Part shown: positions 46,594 through 56,420 of the stretch, piece by piece
Position numbering within the stretch: position 1 is the first letter of the stretch
Layout of the letters: every line of letters starts with the position of its first letter
NCBI GenBank assembly: GCA_965277075.1
Contig: OZ255707.1
Location: 1,211,338 to 1,275,337, forward strand
Source: Candidatus Lustribacter sp.
GTDB taxonomy: Bacteria; Vulcanimicrobiota; Vulcanimicrobiia; Vulcanimicrobiales; Vulcanimicrobiaceae
Direction of reading: 5' to 3'
DNA length: 64,000 nucleotides
Notes under the pieces: generated by a model
What the model was told of the DNA's origin: nothing
The model's input: only the letters and a program-made list of their open reading frames with translations
Database searches by the model: none
Position numbers and translations under genes: made by a program

Positions 46594-46857
46594 CTAATGA
46601 GCTTTAGGCGCGAATGCGATACAGTAGCCGTTCGGACTGATCACGCCTTTGACGACCGAGCAGCCTGCCGGTGCCTTGAAGAGCGAACACGCCGAACATT
46701 TCTGACCCTTCGGGCCGGGTTTCAACTGGTACTTGAATTGCGCTTTGGTTCCGCTCGAATCGTCGGCGGCGGCCGCAACAGCGGTCGTCGCGGCAACCGC
46801 GAGCGGTAAACCGGCAATCAGGGAGATGATTTCGCCGCGAGAAATTCTATCTGACAC
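46594..46857 (-). CDS. High-potential iron-sulfur protein (HiPIP)
   Basis: 87 aa with a GTG start 7 nt after GGAGG and a signal-like N-terminus. The four-Cys pattern is KCSACSLF...GCSVV...NGYCIAF. Confidence 0.7.
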   Translation of the reverse strand: MSDRISRGEIISLIAGLPLAVAATTAVAAAADDSSGTKAQFKYQLKPGPKGQKCSACSLFKAPAGCSVVKGVISPNGYCIAFAPKAH

Positions 46858-46870
46858 GATGATGCCTCCG

Positions 46871-46892
46871 GAAGTACGTTAGAAGTACGTTA
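46871..46892. repeat. Perfect 11-bp tandem duplication spanning the hslU stop codon
   Basis: GAAGTACGTTA occurs twice (46871-46881 and 46882-46892). On the minus strand this reads TAACGTACTTC twice. The first copy in transcription order (46892-46882) starts with the hslU stop codon TAA. The HiPIP SD follows immediately. Confidence 0.85.
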
Positions 46893-48338
46893 TAAGATGA
46901 AATTGGAGAGGTCCGCGTTGGCAGCGATCTCCTCCAGCCGTTCAACGACATACGAAGCGTCGATCGTTACGGTTGCTGCCGTCTCCGGTGCTGCATACCC
47001 AATCTCCTCGAATAATCGCTCCAATACGGTGTGTAGACGCCGCGCCCCGATGTTTTCACTCCGCTCGTTAACCTCGGTTGCAATACGGGCGATCGCTGCG
47101 ATCGCATCCGGCATCACGTCGAGGGTCACGCCGTCCGTTGCAAGTAGCGCCGTGTATTGACTGAGCAGCGCGTTCTTGGGCTGTGTGAGGATCGTCTCGA
47201 AGTCGGCTGCCGTCAGGCTATCGAGCTCGACCCGAATGGGAAACCGTCCCTGCAGCTCGGGGATGAGGTCCGACGGCTTGCTCATGTGGAATGCGCCCGC
47301 CGCGATGAAGAGCACGTGATCGGTTGCGAGCGCCCCGTACTTCGTGTTGACCGTGCTGCCCTCAACGATCGGTAAGATGTCGCGCTGCACGCCCTCGCGC
47401 GAGACGTCGACGCCGCGACCTTCGCGCGTCGCGATCTTGTCGATCTCGTCGATGAAGATGATACCGCGCTCTCCGGCGCGGCGTAGCGCTTCACGTTTGA
47501 CCGCGTCCATATCGATCAGTTTGCCTTCTTCTTCTTGCCCGAAGATACGGCGCGCGTCGACGACCGTCACCCGCTTCTTCGCGCGCTTCTTGGGCAGCAA
47601 GCCGGACAGCATTTCGTTCATGTCGCCGCCGCCGTTCATGCCCGCCGGATCGCCGCCGCCCATCACGCCGATCGGCAACTGCTGCGCTTCCTCGACGTCA
47701 ATCTCGATCAGCCGCACGTCGTAGAAACCGCGTTCGATGTCGGCGCGCGCTTCGTCGCGAATGCGTTGCGACTCGTGCGGCGGCGCTTGCTGCACGGCCG
47801 GCGCCGGAGGAGCTTGCTGCTGCGCGCCTTGCGCGCCGAACGAATTGCCGAAGATCGAGCCGAGCGTCGCCGAAAACGGATTGGATTGCTGCGGCTGCGG
47901 CGGCCGCGTTTCGGGATGCAACACGTCGATGATGCGTTCGACCGCGGCGTGATCGGCGGCATCTTTCACATCGCCGCGGCGCTCGTCGCGCACCATACGA
48001 ATCGACGCTTCGGCCAAATCGCGAACCATCGACTCGACGTCGCGTCCGACGTAACCGACCTCGGTGTACTTCGTCGCCTCGACTTTGACGAAGGGCGCGC
48101 CGGCAAGCGATGCGAGCCGGCGCGCGATCTCCGTTTTGCCGACGCCCGTCGGCCCGATCATCAGGATGTTCTTCGGAATGATATCGCGCTGCATCTCGTC
48201 CGGCAGTTTCTCGCGCCGGTAGCGGTTGCGCAGCGCGATCGCGACCGCCCGCTTCGCCTTCGCTTGCCCGACGATGTACTTGTCGAGTTCCGCGACGATC
48301 TGTCGCGGCGTGAGTTCGTCGATCGTGGTGGTGATCAT
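46890..48338 (-). CDS. hslU: ATP-dependent protease ATPase subunit HslU
   Basis: The ATG at 48338 gives [42 protein letters not shown]. Also has Walker A ([15 protein letters not shown]) and [10 protein letters not shown]. Confidence 0.93.
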   Translation of the reverse strand: MITTTIDELTPRQIVAELDKYIVGQAKAKRAVAIALRNRYRREKLPDEMQRDIIPKNILMIGPTGVGKTEIARRLASLAGAPFVKVEATKYTEVGYVGRDVESMVRDLAEASIRMVRDERRGDVKDAADHAAVERIIDVLHPETRPPQPQQSNPFSATLGSIFGNSFGAQGAQQQAPPAPAVQQAPPHESQRIRDEARADIERGFYDVRLIEIDVEEAQQLPIGVMGGGDPAGMNGGGDMNEMLSGLLPKKRAKKRVTVVDARRIFGQEEEGKLIDMDAVKREALRRAGERGIIFIDEIDKIATREGRGVDVSREGVQRDILPIVEGSTVNTKYGALATDHVLFIAAGAFHMSKPSDLIPELQGRFPIRVELDSLTAADFETILTQPKNALLSQYTALLATDGVTLDVMPDAIAAIARIATEVNERSENIGARRLHTVLERLFEEIGYAAPETAATVTIDASYVVERLEEIAANADLSNFIL

Positions 48339-48342
48339 AGCG

Positions 48343-48873
48343 TTAGGCGACCTCGACCGTAATGTCGTCGTTGGTGTAGATGCAGATGCGCGATGCAATC
48401 GTAAGCGACTCGCGCGCGATCGCTTCGGCGTCGAGCGCGGAATGATGCAGGAGCGCGGTCGCCGCCGCTTGGGCGAAGGGGCCGCCGCTGCCGATCGCCG
48501 CGATACCCTCGTCGGGTTCGATCACGTCGCCCGTCCCGCTCAAGACCAACAGATGCTCCGGATTTCCGACGAGCAGCAACGCCTCGAGCCGCCGTAACGC
48601 GCGGTCTTGCCGCCAGTCTTTGGCCAATTCGACGGCCGCCCGCATCAGATTGCTCCCCGATGCGTTGAGCTTGCCTTCGAATTTTTCGAGCAGCGTGATG
48701 CCGTCGGCGGCACTTCCGGCAAAACCGGCGATGACCGCGCCGTTCGCGACGCGCCGTACCTTGCGCGCGCCGTGCTTCATCACCGTCTTGTCGAGCGTCA
48801 CCTGGCCGTCGCCCGCCATGGCAATCTTGCCGTCGCGCAACACCGCGACGATCGTGGTCGAACGTATCCGCAT
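48343..48873 (-). CDS. hslV: ATP-dependent protease subunit HslV
   Basis: [27 protein letters not shown]...GFAGSAADG...GSGG. A short propeptide precedes the catalytic Thr. Confidence 0.92.
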   Translation of the reverse strand: MRIRSTTIVAVLRDGKIAMAGDGQVTLDKTVMKHGARKVRRVANGAVIAGFAGSAADGITLLEKFEGKLNASGSNLMRAAVELAKDWRQDRALRRLEALLLVGNPEHLLVLSGTGDVIEPDEGIAAIGSGGPFAQAAATALLHHSALDAEAIARESLTIASRICIYTNDDITVEVA

Positions 48874-48973
48874 CGTTCTTGGTACTCTTCGGCTCGTCTC
48901 CGAGTTGCGGCGGGTTCCCGCATTTCTCGTATCGACCCGAAGCTTCGGTCGTTGCGAATGGTATCGGACGCGG

Positions 48974-49360
48974 TCATCTGCTCACGACCGGTACGTGCCG
49001 CAACAGGAAGTCAACGATGAGGCCGGCGATCTGCGCGGCATGCGATTCGAGAGCGAAATGGCCCGCGTCGAGCAGGTGGATTTCGGCATCCGGGATGTCT
49101 CGTGCGAACGCCTCGGCACCTCGCGGCAGAAAGAACGGATCGTTCTTGCCCCAAACCGCAAGCAGCGGTGGCCGGCGATCGCGGAAGTACTGCTGGAATT
49201 TCGGATAGAGCGCGACGTTGTTACGGTAGTCGCCGAAGAGATCGAGCTGAATTTCGTCATTGCCGGGACGGGACAACAAGAACGCGTCGAGCGTGTACGA
49301 CTCCGGCGCAACCGTTGATGGATCGCTTACACCCTCCGTATACTGAAATCGAAGGATTGT
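48974..49360 (-). pseudogene. C-terminal remnant of an alpha/beta hydrolase (epoxide-hydrolase-like)
   Basis: Only ILRFQYTEGVSDPSTVAPESYTLDAFLLSRPGNDEIQLDLFGDYRNNVALYPKFQQYFRDRRPPLLAVWGKNDPFFLPRGAEAFARDIPDAEIHLLDAGHFALESH... is protein-like. The nucleophile-elbow half is missing, and the upstream part of track ORF 48974..49573 looks like junk. Confidence 0.55.
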
Positions 49361-49451
49361 GGGCGGACATGGAACCCCTCCGGGATGAACGAGCAACTGC
49401 CGAAAAGTAACCAGCATGAACTGTGATTGATAGTTACCGATCGGGCGTAAC

Positions 49452-49480
49452 TTGTCAATAGGCTTTTTAGTCGTTACACT
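49452..49480 (+). promoter_or_regulatory. Putative promoter giving a leaderless CGNR-gene mRNA (TTGTCA-17-TACACT)
   Basis: TTGTCA (49452-49457), a 17-nt spacer, TACACT (49475-49480), then 6 nt to ATG 49487. No SD is present. Confidence 0.4.
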
Positions 49481-49486
49481 CGTCCG

Positions 49487-50134
49487 ATGACTCGCACGCC
49501 GTCGCTCGCCTCGCCGCTGGTGCCGCCGCTCTTTGTGGCGAGCCACCTCGCGCTCGACTTTCTCAATTCGCACGCGACACCAAACGGCGAGTCGATCGAG
49601 TGGATCGGTAACGGCACGGCTTTTGCAACGTGGTATCGGGCAGCCGGGCTCGCGGTTACACCCTCGGCGAGGGCACGAATTGCCCGGTTCAAACCCGAGG
49701 AACTGGACGCGACGGCGGCCACTGCTCGCGCACTTCGAGAATCAATCCGGGCCGGCTTGCGAATACCCCAGACCGCACGCACGAATCCGCAGCTGCGGGC
49801 CGTCCTCAATCGATGGATGGCGAAGGGATCGAGCTTTCTCCAGCTCGAGGACGGCGGCGACGAGGTAGAACTCGTCGCGTGCGACCGGTGGACTGACGCC
49901 GAGCAGCTTCTCGTACCGCTCGCGACCGCGGCCGCGCAGTTGTTGGTCGCGGAAAATCTTTCGCGCGTACGCGTTTGCGAGGGGCCCACGTGCAGCCTCT
50001 GGTTCCTCGACCGAACGAAGGCGGGTACGCGCTGCTTTTGCAGCGCCGCGACCTGTGGTAACCGAGCCAAGGTCGCGGCATTTCGCGCACGCGAACGGGG
50101 GTCGCTGAAGGGGCCCCGCGCGAAGTCCCGTTAG
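49487..50134 (+). CDS. CGNR zinc-finger (ABATE domain) protein
   Basis: N-terminus LALDFLNS.... C-terminus VRVCEGPTCSLWFLDRTKAGTRCFCSAATCGNRAKVAAFRARE. Confidence 0.8.
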   Translation: MTRTPSLASPLVPPLFVASHLALDFLNSHATPNGESIEWIGNGTAFATWYRAAGLAVTPSARARIARFKPEELDATAATARALRESIRAGLRIPQTARTNPQLRAVLNRWMAKGSSFLQLEDGGDEVELVACDRWTDAEQLLVPLATAAAQLLVAENLSRVRVCEGPTCSLWFLDRTKAGTRCFCSAATCGNRAKVAAFRARERGSLKGPRAKSR

Positions 50135-50149
50135 CCGCTGGGCGGCGCG

Positions 50150-51499
50150 TTAGCGAGCGGCGAGTTCGCGCGGTGCGACCGACCGTGCGAAGGCGTCGAT
50201 GTGCTCGAGCGCGCGCAGGGCGAGCGCGGCTCGCCGTTCCCGTTTCTCGCGGATCGGTTTACCGGGCAGCGGCGAGAACCACGTCCAGGTGACGTTCGCC
50301 GGCTGGAAATCGGGTGACGCCGCGTTCTGCAGGTGCGCGACGACCGCACCGAGCGCCGTATCGGCAGGCACCCTCGGCGCCGGCTCACCGTGCATGGCGT
50401 GCGCGGCGGAGATGCCCGCGATCATTCCGCCGGCTGCGGCTTCGACGTAGCCTTCCGCGCCCGTGATCTGACCGGCGAAATACATGCCCGCCCGCGACCG
50501 CAATTGCAACGTCGCATCCAGCAGCCGCGGTGCATCGATGAACGTGTTGCGATGCATCACGCCCAGCCGCACCCACTCCGCGTTTGCGAGTCCCGGCAGT
50601 TTTCCGAAGGCCTCTTTCTGTGCCGGCCACGTGAGCCGGGTTTGAAAGCCGACCAGATTCATCGCGCGGCCGGCGGCGTCTTCGTTGCGCAGCTGCACGA
50701 CGGCATACGGCGCCCGTCCGGTGCGCGGATCGCGCAAACCGACCGGTTTAAGCGGACCGAAGCGCATCGCATCTTCGCCGCGCAGCGCCATCTCTTCGAT
50801 CGGAAGGCAACCCTCGAAGTACGGGATCTTACCCGCTGTGGCGTCGAGCTCGAAGCCCTTCGGATCGTGCCGGGGTAGCGTGCGCAGATCGTCAACGAAG
50901 CGCAAATACTGTTCGCGGTCGAGCGGGATGTTGAGATAGTCTTCGCCCTCGCCTTTGTCGTAGCGCGACTTGTAGTAGCACTGCTCGAGATCGATCGACT
51001 CGGTTGCCACGATCGGCGCGGCCGCGTCGTAATAGTGCAGCCGGCCGCCGCCCACGAGTGCGTCGATCTGCGCGGCGAGTGCCGGCGAGGGCAACGGACC
51101 GCAAGCAACGATGACGACGCCGTCGGCCGGGATCGCATCAATCCCCGCACGCACGATTTCGACGGTCGGCAGCGCCGCAAGTCGCGACTCGACCAATGCG
51201 CCGAAACGCTCGCGATCGACCGCGAGCGCGCCGCCGGCCGGCACCGCCGTAGCACGCGCCGACGTGACGATCAGCGAATCGAGCCGCACGAGCTCTTCCT
51301 TGAGCAGACCAACGGCGTTCTCGAACGCCGCGCCGCGCATCGAATTGCTGCAGACCAGTTCCGCCAGCATCGATGTGTGATGCGCCGGCCCCGACGCGTG
51401 TGGTCGCTGCTCGTACAAACGCACGGCCGCGCCGCGCCGCGCGACTTGCCACGCCGCCTCACATCCAGCGAGTCCGCCACCGATGACGGTGACGGTCAT
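50150..51499 (-). CDS. trmFO: Methylenetetrahydrofolate--tRNA-(uracil-5-)-methyltransferase
   Basis: MTVTVIGGGLAGCEAAWQVARRG...LAELVCSNS...FAGQITGAEGYVEAAAGG. Confidence 0.9.
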   Translation of the reverse strand: MTVTVIGGGLAGCEAAWQVARRGAAVRLYEQRPHASGPAHHTSMLAELVCSNSMRGAAFENAVGLLKEELVRLDSLIVTSARATAVPAGGALAVDRERFGALVESRLAALPTVEIVRAGIDAIPADGVVIVACGPLPSPALAAQIDALVGGGRLHYYDAAAPIVATESIDLEQCYYKSRYDKGEGEDYLNIPLDREQYLRFVDDLRTLPRHDPKGFELDATAGKIPYFEGCLPIEEMALRGEDAMRFGPLKPVGLRDPRTGRAPYAVVQLRNEDAAGRAMNLVGFQTRLTWPAQKEAFGKLPGLANAEWVRLGVMHRNTFIDAPRLLDATLQLRSRAGMYFAGQITGAEGYVEAAAGGMIAGISAAHAMHGEPAPRVPADTALGAVVAHLQNAASPDFQPANVTWTWFSPLPGKPIREKRERRAALALRALEHIDAFARSVAPRELAAR

Positions 51500-53710
51500 C
51501 TACACGGGTTCCAGTTCTTCAGCCTCGTCGCGTGCCGGCGAGCCACCCAGCGTGGACGTGTCGTGCTCTTTGTCCGTGTGGCATTCGAACGTCACGGCGC
51601 CGCCGCGTTTGTTTTTCGCGACGACGTAGTCGCCGCAAACGGGACACGGATCGGGAACGACGCGGTCCCAGGAGACGAAGTCACACTTCGGATAATTCGC
51701 GCAGCCGTAGAACGTGCGGCCTTTGCGCGACTTACGCTCGACGATCATCCCGCCGTCCTTAGGACAGATCGCGCCGGTGTCTTTGAGAATCGGCATCGTC
51801 GTCTTGCATTCGGGATAGCCCGTACACGAGATGAACTTGCCGAAGCGCCCCGTCTTGATCACCATCGGCCGCTCGCACGTCGGGCAAATCTTATCGGTCG
51901 GCTCGTCGCGCTGTTCGAACTTCGGCAGCTTCTCTTCGGCCGTCGCCAGTTCGCGGCTGAACTTGTCGTAGAACGTTCGTAAGACCGCAACCCAGTCGTC
52001 GCCGCGATCGGCGACGCCGTCGAGTTCGCCTTCCATCTGTGCCGTAAACTTCGGATCGACGACGTCGGTGAAATGCTCGGCCAAGAGGTCGTTGACCGAA
52101 ATGCCGATGTCCGTCGGGTGAAAACGGCGCTCGAGCTGTTCGACGTAGCCGCGTGCCTGAATCGTTTCGACGATCGAACTGTACGTCGACGGGCGCCCGA
52201 TGCCGTTCTCCTCGAGCGCGCGAACCAGCGACGCTTCCGTGAAGCGTGGCGGCGGTTCGGTGAAGTGCTGCTTCGGTTCGAGCGCTTTGAGGTCGAGCAG
52301 CTCGTCGGCGGTGAGCTTCGGCAAGAGCGGCTTTTTCGGATCGCCCGTGAGCTCGTCGGGCACGACGCCCGCGTCGTCGCGTCCCTCCTCGTACACGCGC
52401 AAAAAGCCGGCGAATTTCAGCACGCTGCCCGTCGAACGAAACGTGTATGCGTGGTCCTCGACTGCACTCCGCTTTGCTTCGTTTCGCTCCGGTCCACGCC
52501 GCCCGATGATCATGTCGATCGTCGTCTGATCGAAGACGGCCGGCGCCATCTGCGAGGCGACGAAGCGCTCCCAAATCAGACGGTACAGGCGGAGGTCGTC
52601 CCGCTTGAGAATCCCGGCGAGCGACTCGGGCGTGCGATGAACCGACGTCGGTCGTATCGCTTCGTGGGCGTCCTGCGCACCTTCGCGAATCTTGAACTGC
52701 TTCTGCGAACCGACGAACTCGCCGCCGTACGACGAGGTGATGAAATCCCGCGCCGCGTCGCGCGCCGAGTCGCTGATGCGCGTCGAGTCGGTCCGCATGT
52801 AGGTGATGAGCCCCTGCGTTCCTTCGGCGCCCAAATCCACGCCTTCGTATAATGACTGCGCCAGCTGCATCGTCTTGCGAACGCGGAACTTCAGTTTGCG
52901 CGAGGCTTCCTGCTGGATCGTTGAGGTCGTGAACGGCGCGGCGGCGTTCCGCTTCGTCTCGCGTTCTTTGACCGAGGACACGCGCCACTCCGCATCGCGG
53001 ACCGCCTCGAGGACCTCGGTCGCCGTCTGTTCGTTCGTGACCTCGGCCTTCGCCCCGTCGATCTGGTAGAGCTCGGCCGGAAAAACCAACGGTGGAAGCC
53101 CGTTGGCAACGGCGTCGGCCTTCGATAGGCGCGCCGTGAGAGACCAGTACTCGCGCGGGATGAACGCGAGAATCTCGCGTTCGCGGTCGACGATCAGGCG
53201 AACAGCCACGGACTGCACGCGGCCGGCGGAGAGGCCGCCTCGGACTTTCGCCCACAGCAGCGGTGAGATTTTATAGCCGACGAGCCGGTCCAGAATGCGG
53301 CGCGCCTGTTGCGCGTTGACCCGCGGCATATCGATCGAGTGCGGATCGGCGATCGCCGCGAGCGCGGCGTCCTTCGTGATCTCGTGTAACTCAATCCGTT
53401 TCGGATTCTCGAGCTTCAGCAACTCGGCCAGATGCCATGCGATCGCTTCGCCTTCGCGATCGGGGTCGGTCGCGAGATAGACGTCGCTGGCCGACTTCGC
53501 CGCCGACTTGAGCTCTTTGATGATGTCGCCCTTGCCCTTGATCGTCAGGTACTTGGGCGCGAAATCGTGGTCCACATCGACGCCGAGCGTCGACTTCGGC
53601 AAGTCGCGGACGTGTCCGACCGAGGCCTTCACGACAAAGCGCGGCGGCAAGAATTTCTTGATGGTTCTGGCTTTCGTCGGCGATTCGACGATGATAAGTG
53701 GTTTTGCCAC
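51500..53710 (-). CDS. topA: DNA topoisomerase I
   Basis: The GTG at 53710 follows GAGGT and gives VAKPLIIVESPTKARTIKKFL (Toprim). Also contains ...GLITYMRTDS... (catalytic Tyr). The C-terminus has CPTC...C..C and CPVC zinc-ribbon repeats. Confidence 0.93.
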   Translation of the reverse strand: MAKPLIIVESPTKARTIKKFLPPRFVVKASVGHVRDLPKSTLGVDVDHDFAPKYLTIKGKGDIIKELKSAAKSASDVYLATDPDREGEAIAWHLAELLKLENPKRIELHEITKDAALAAIADPHSIDMPRVNAQQARRILDRLVGYKISPLLWAKVRGGLSAGRVQSVAVRLIVDREREILAFIPREYWSLTARLSKADAVANGLPPLVFPAELYQIDGAKAEVTNEQTATEVLEAVRDAEWRVSSVKERETKRNAAAPFTTSTIQQEASRKLKFRVRKTMQLAQSLYEGVDLGAEGTQGLITYMRTDSTRISDSARDAARDFITSSYGGEFVGSQKQFKIREGAQDAHEAIRPTSVHRTPESLAGILKRDDLRLYRLIWERFVASQMAPAVFDQTTIDMIIGRRGPERNEAKRSAVEDHAYTFRSTGSVLKFAGFLRVYEEGRDDAGVVPDELTGDPKKPLLPKLTADELLDLKALEPKQHFTEPPPRFTEASLVRALEENGIGRPSTYSSIVETIQARGYVEQLERRFHPTDIGISVNDLLAEHFTDVVDPKFTAQMEGELDGVADRGDDWVAVLRTFYDKFSRELATAEEKLPKFEQRDEPTDKICPTCERPMVIKTGRFGKFISCTGYPECKTTMPILKDTGAICPKDGGMIVERKSRKGRTFYGCANYPKCDFVSWDRVVPDPCPVCGDYVVAKNKRGGAVTFECHTDKEHDTSTLGGSPARDEAEELEPV

Positions 53711-53814
53711 GCTGACCTCGGATGAGTAAACGCCTTCAGTATAAACCCGCACGTCAAGGTCGACATGAGACACGTTTTGGAGAGTGCCCCATGACACGCG
53801 GTCGGTCAGCCGAG

Positions 53815-53843
53815 TTGCATAAATTCGCAATTCCTTGTAGGAT
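53815..53843 (+). promoter_or_regulatory. Putative promoter of the Lys-rich protein gene (TTGCAT-17-TAGGAT)
   Basis: TTGCAT (53815-53820), a 17-nt spacer, TAGGAT (53838-53843), about 70 nt upstream of ATG 53917. Confidence 0.35.
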
Positions 53844-53916
53844 GCGATTAAATGCGCGTCGATACGCGCGACGCCACACCGAACTCTGCACCGTCCATTT
53901 TGGACGTGGAGGTTGA

Positions 53917-54315
53917 ATGGAATCGGATCCGATGACCGGCGAAGACGCGATGGCATCTACCGCGCCGGCCAAAAAAACGCGTCGTAAGAGCAGCGGCCGG
54001 AAGAAGGCCTCTGCGAAGAAAACGACCGCGAAAAAGACCACCCGCAAGAAGACCGGCGGCCGTAAAAAAGCCGTTGGAGCAAAGAAAAAAACCGCCAAGA
54101 AGGTAGCCGGCTCGCGCAAGAAGACCACGCGCAAAAAGGCCACCGCGAAGAAGACCACCCGGAAGAAGACCGCCAAGAAAGCCGCGAAGAAAACGGCCGG
54201 CCGTAAGAAGGCCGTCGGACGCAAAAAGGTCGCCAAGAAAGTCACCGGCCGCAAGAAAAAGACGACCGCCAAGAAGACGACCCGCAAGAAAGCAACGCGG
54301 AAAAAGAAAGCTTGA
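53917..54315 (+). CDS. Lysine-rich histone H1-like / nucleoid-associated repeat protein
   Basis: 132 aa. GGAGG lies 4 nt upstream of the ATG. An acidic N-terminus (MESDPMTGEDAM) is followed by roughly 115 aa of KKT/KKA repeats. These form two ~41-48 aa units, each containing GRKKAVG. A strong terminator follows. Confidence 0.75.
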   Translation: MESDPMTGEDAMASTAPAKKTRRKSSGRKKASAKKTTAKKTTRKKTGGRKKAVGAKKKTAKKVAGSRKKTTRKKATAKKTTRKKTAKKAAKKTAGRKKAVGRKKVAKKVTGRKKKTTAKKTTRKKATRKKKA

Positions 54316-54334
54316 TCTCGGGCGAAACACCACA

Positions 54335-54362
54335 AGAGCGACGCAACGTCGCTCTTTTTTTT
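54335..54362 (+). terminator. Intrinsic terminator
   Basis: AGAGCGACG-CAA-CGTCGCTCT followed by a run of T residues to 54362. It abuts the stop of the convergent ATPase gene. Confidence 0.8.
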
Positions 54363-55392
54363 ACGCGATAACCGCCGGACCGCGGGTGAGGTCGGGCGCC
54401 ACGCCGCCGTGCTCTTCCACCCAGTGACAGGCTGCGCGATGTCCGTCTTCATACTCAGCGAAGGCGGGCACCTCGACTTTACACCGGTCGAACGCGATCG
54501 GGCAACGTGTGTGGAACCGGCAGCCCGACGGCGGATTGACGGGCGAGGGAATGTCGCCGGTCAAAATGATCCGTTTGCGACGCCGTTCGACCGACGGATC
54601 GGGAATCGGAATCGCCGAGAGCAGCGCCTGCGTGTACGGGTGCAGCGGGTTCGCGTAGAGGCGGTCGCGGTCGGCCAACTCGATGATCTTGCCCACGTAC
54701 ATCACGGCGACGCGCGTCGAGATGTGGCGTACGACGGAGAGGTCGTGGGCGATAAATAGGAACGTCAGGTTCAGTCGCCGCTGCAGATCCTGGAGCAGGT
54801 TGATGACCTGCGCTTGGATCGAGACGTCAAGCGCGGACACCGGCTCGTCGGCAACGATGAACTTCGGGTTGACGGCGAGCGCGCGTGCGATGCCGATGCG
54901 TTGGCGTTGGCCGCCCGAAAATTCGTGCGGGTAGCGGTTCGCGTGATACGGCTGAAGACCGACCATCGAAAGCAGTTCCTGAACCCGTTTTTCGGCATCG
55001 CTTCCCGCTGCCAGATGGTGAATCGTCAGCGGCTCGCGGACGATGTCGCCGACCGTCATGCGCGGGTTCAGCGATGCGTACGGATCTTGGAAGATGATTT
55101 GCATCTCTTTGCGGAGCGGACGCAATTCGGCGCGCGTTAACGTCTGAATCTCGCGACCGTCGAACGCGATCGTTCCGGCCGTCGGGTCGGTGAGCCGCAG
55201 GATGACGCGTCCGGCGGTCGTCTTGCCGGAACCTGATTCGCCGACGAGCCCGAGCGTTTCGCCGCGACGGATGTCGAAGTCGATGTCGTCGACCGCCTGA
55301 ACGTCGCCGACGCGGCGCTGGAGCAAGCCCGACGTGATCGGAAAATATTTTTTGAGACCGCGCACGGCCAGGAGCGTCTCGGCGGCGTTCAC
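54361..55392 (-). CDS. Opp/Dpp-type ABC transporter ATP-binding protein (OppF-like)
   Basis: The GTG at 55392 makes a GTGA overlap. Has Walker A (GESGSGKTT), signature (FSGGQRQR) and Walker B ([11 protein letters not shown]). The C-terminus carries the oligo_HPY Cys motif. Confidence 0.88.
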   Translation of the reverse strand: MNAAETLLAVRGLKKYFPITSGLLQRRVGDVQAVDDIDFDIRRGETLGLVGESGSGKTTAGRVILRLTDPTAGTIAFDGREIQTLTRAELRPLRKEMQIIFQDPYASLNPRMTVGDIVREPLTIHHLAAGSDAEKRVQELLSMVGLQPYHANRYPHEFSGGQRQRIGIARALAVNPKFIVADEPVSALDVSIQAQVINLLQDLQRRLNLTFLFIAHDLSVVRHISTRVAVMYVGKIIELADRDRLYANPLHPYTQALLSAIPIPDPSVERRRKRIILTGDIPSPVNPPSGCRFHTRCPIAFDRCKVEVPAFAEYEDGHRAACHWVEEHGGVAPDLTRGPAVIA

Positions 55393-56417
55393 GAGATCGC
55401 TTCCAATGTCGTCTGCGGAGCCGTTTCCACGTCGAGCGTGCGCTGCCCGACGGTCTGCTCGTCGTAGAGATAGCAACGCGCCACGTGACCGTCACCGAAG
55501 TCGTAGAGCGGCACCGGTTGGTCGCAGACCGGCATCTTGTAGCGGCAGCGCGGCGCGAACGCGCAGCCGGGCGGCATGTGCAAGAGGTTCGGCGGAGCGC
55601 CCTCGATAGGTATAAGCCGGTCGCCGGTCGAGTCGAGTCGCGGCAGCGATTCCAACAAGCCCATCGTGTAGGGCATCTTCGGGCGATTGAAGATGTCGTC
55701 GGCCGAACCGTATTCGACCATATTCCCGCCGTACATCACGAGCACGTTTTTGCATGTCTCGGCGACGACGCCGAGATCGTGCGTGATCAAGACGATCGCC
55801 GAGCCGAGCCGCTGCTGCATCTCGTTCATCAGCTCGATGATCTGCGCTTGGATCGTCACGTCGAGTGCGGTCGTCGGTTCGTCGGCGATCAGGACGGCCG
55901 GATCGCACGAGAGCGCCATCGCGATCATAACGCGTTGTCGCATGCCGCCGGAGAACTGATGCGGGTAGTCGCGGATGCGCTTCTCCGGTGCGGGAATCCG
56001 AACGAGTTTGAGCATCTCGACCGCTTTGTCGAACGCGTCCTTTTTCGAATAGCCGAGGTGCAGACGCGTCGCCTCAGCGATCTGCTCGCCGACCGTCATG
56101 ACCGGATTGAGCGAGGTCATCGGATCTTGGAAGATCATCGCGATGTCGGCACCGCGAATCTTCCGCATCTCCGCTTCGCTCTTCTTCAGCAGATCTTCGC
56201 CGCGTAAGAGCACCTCGCCGCGTTCGATCTTGCCGGGCGGCTGTGGGATGAGCCGCATGATCGAAAGTGATGTAACCGATTTGCCCGAACCCGATTCGCC
56301 GACGATCCCGAGCGTCGTGCCGGCCTCGACCGCGAACGAAAGGCCGTTGACCGCACGGATCAGGCCGTCTTCGGTCTTGAACGTCGTGGCCAAGTCCCGG
56401 ACGTCGAGCAGAGCCAA
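55389..56417 (-). CDS. Opp/Dpp-type ABC transporter ATP-binding protein (OppD-like)
   Basis: [19 protein letters not shown] and [11 protein letters not shown]. Confidence 0.88.
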   Translation of the reverse strand: MALLDVRDLATTFKTEDGLIRAVNGLSFAVEAGTTLGIVGESGSGKSVTSLSIMRLIPQPPGKIERGEVLLRGEDLLKKSEAEMRKIRGADIAMIFQDPMTSLNPVMTVGEQIAEATRLHLGYSKKDAFDKAVEMLKLVRIPAPEKRIRDYPHQFSGGMRQRVMIAMALSCDPAVLIADEPTTALDVTIQAQIIELMNEMQQRLGSAIVLITHDLGVVAETCKNVLVMYGGNMVEYGSADDIFNRPKMPYTMGLLESLPRLDSTGDRLIPIEGAPPNLLHMPPGCAFAPRCRYKMPVCDQPVPLYDFGDGHVARCYLYDEQTVGQRTLDVETAPQTTLEAIS

Positions 56418-56420
56418 GCG

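Noticed and set aside
53950-54310. Repetitive nucleotide pattern considered as a CRISPR array or satellite
   Set aside because: The repeats are imperfect, have a period that is a multiple of 3, and are in frame within a coding sequence (KKT/KKA units). There is no repeat-spacer structure and no cas genes.
53754-54452. 232-aa minus-strand ORF (FFLRVVFF repeats) opposite the Lys-rich gene
   Set aside because: It is the reverse-complement reading of AAG/AAA-rich repeats. The plus-strand gene has an SD, a promoter and a terminator, and this ORF has none.
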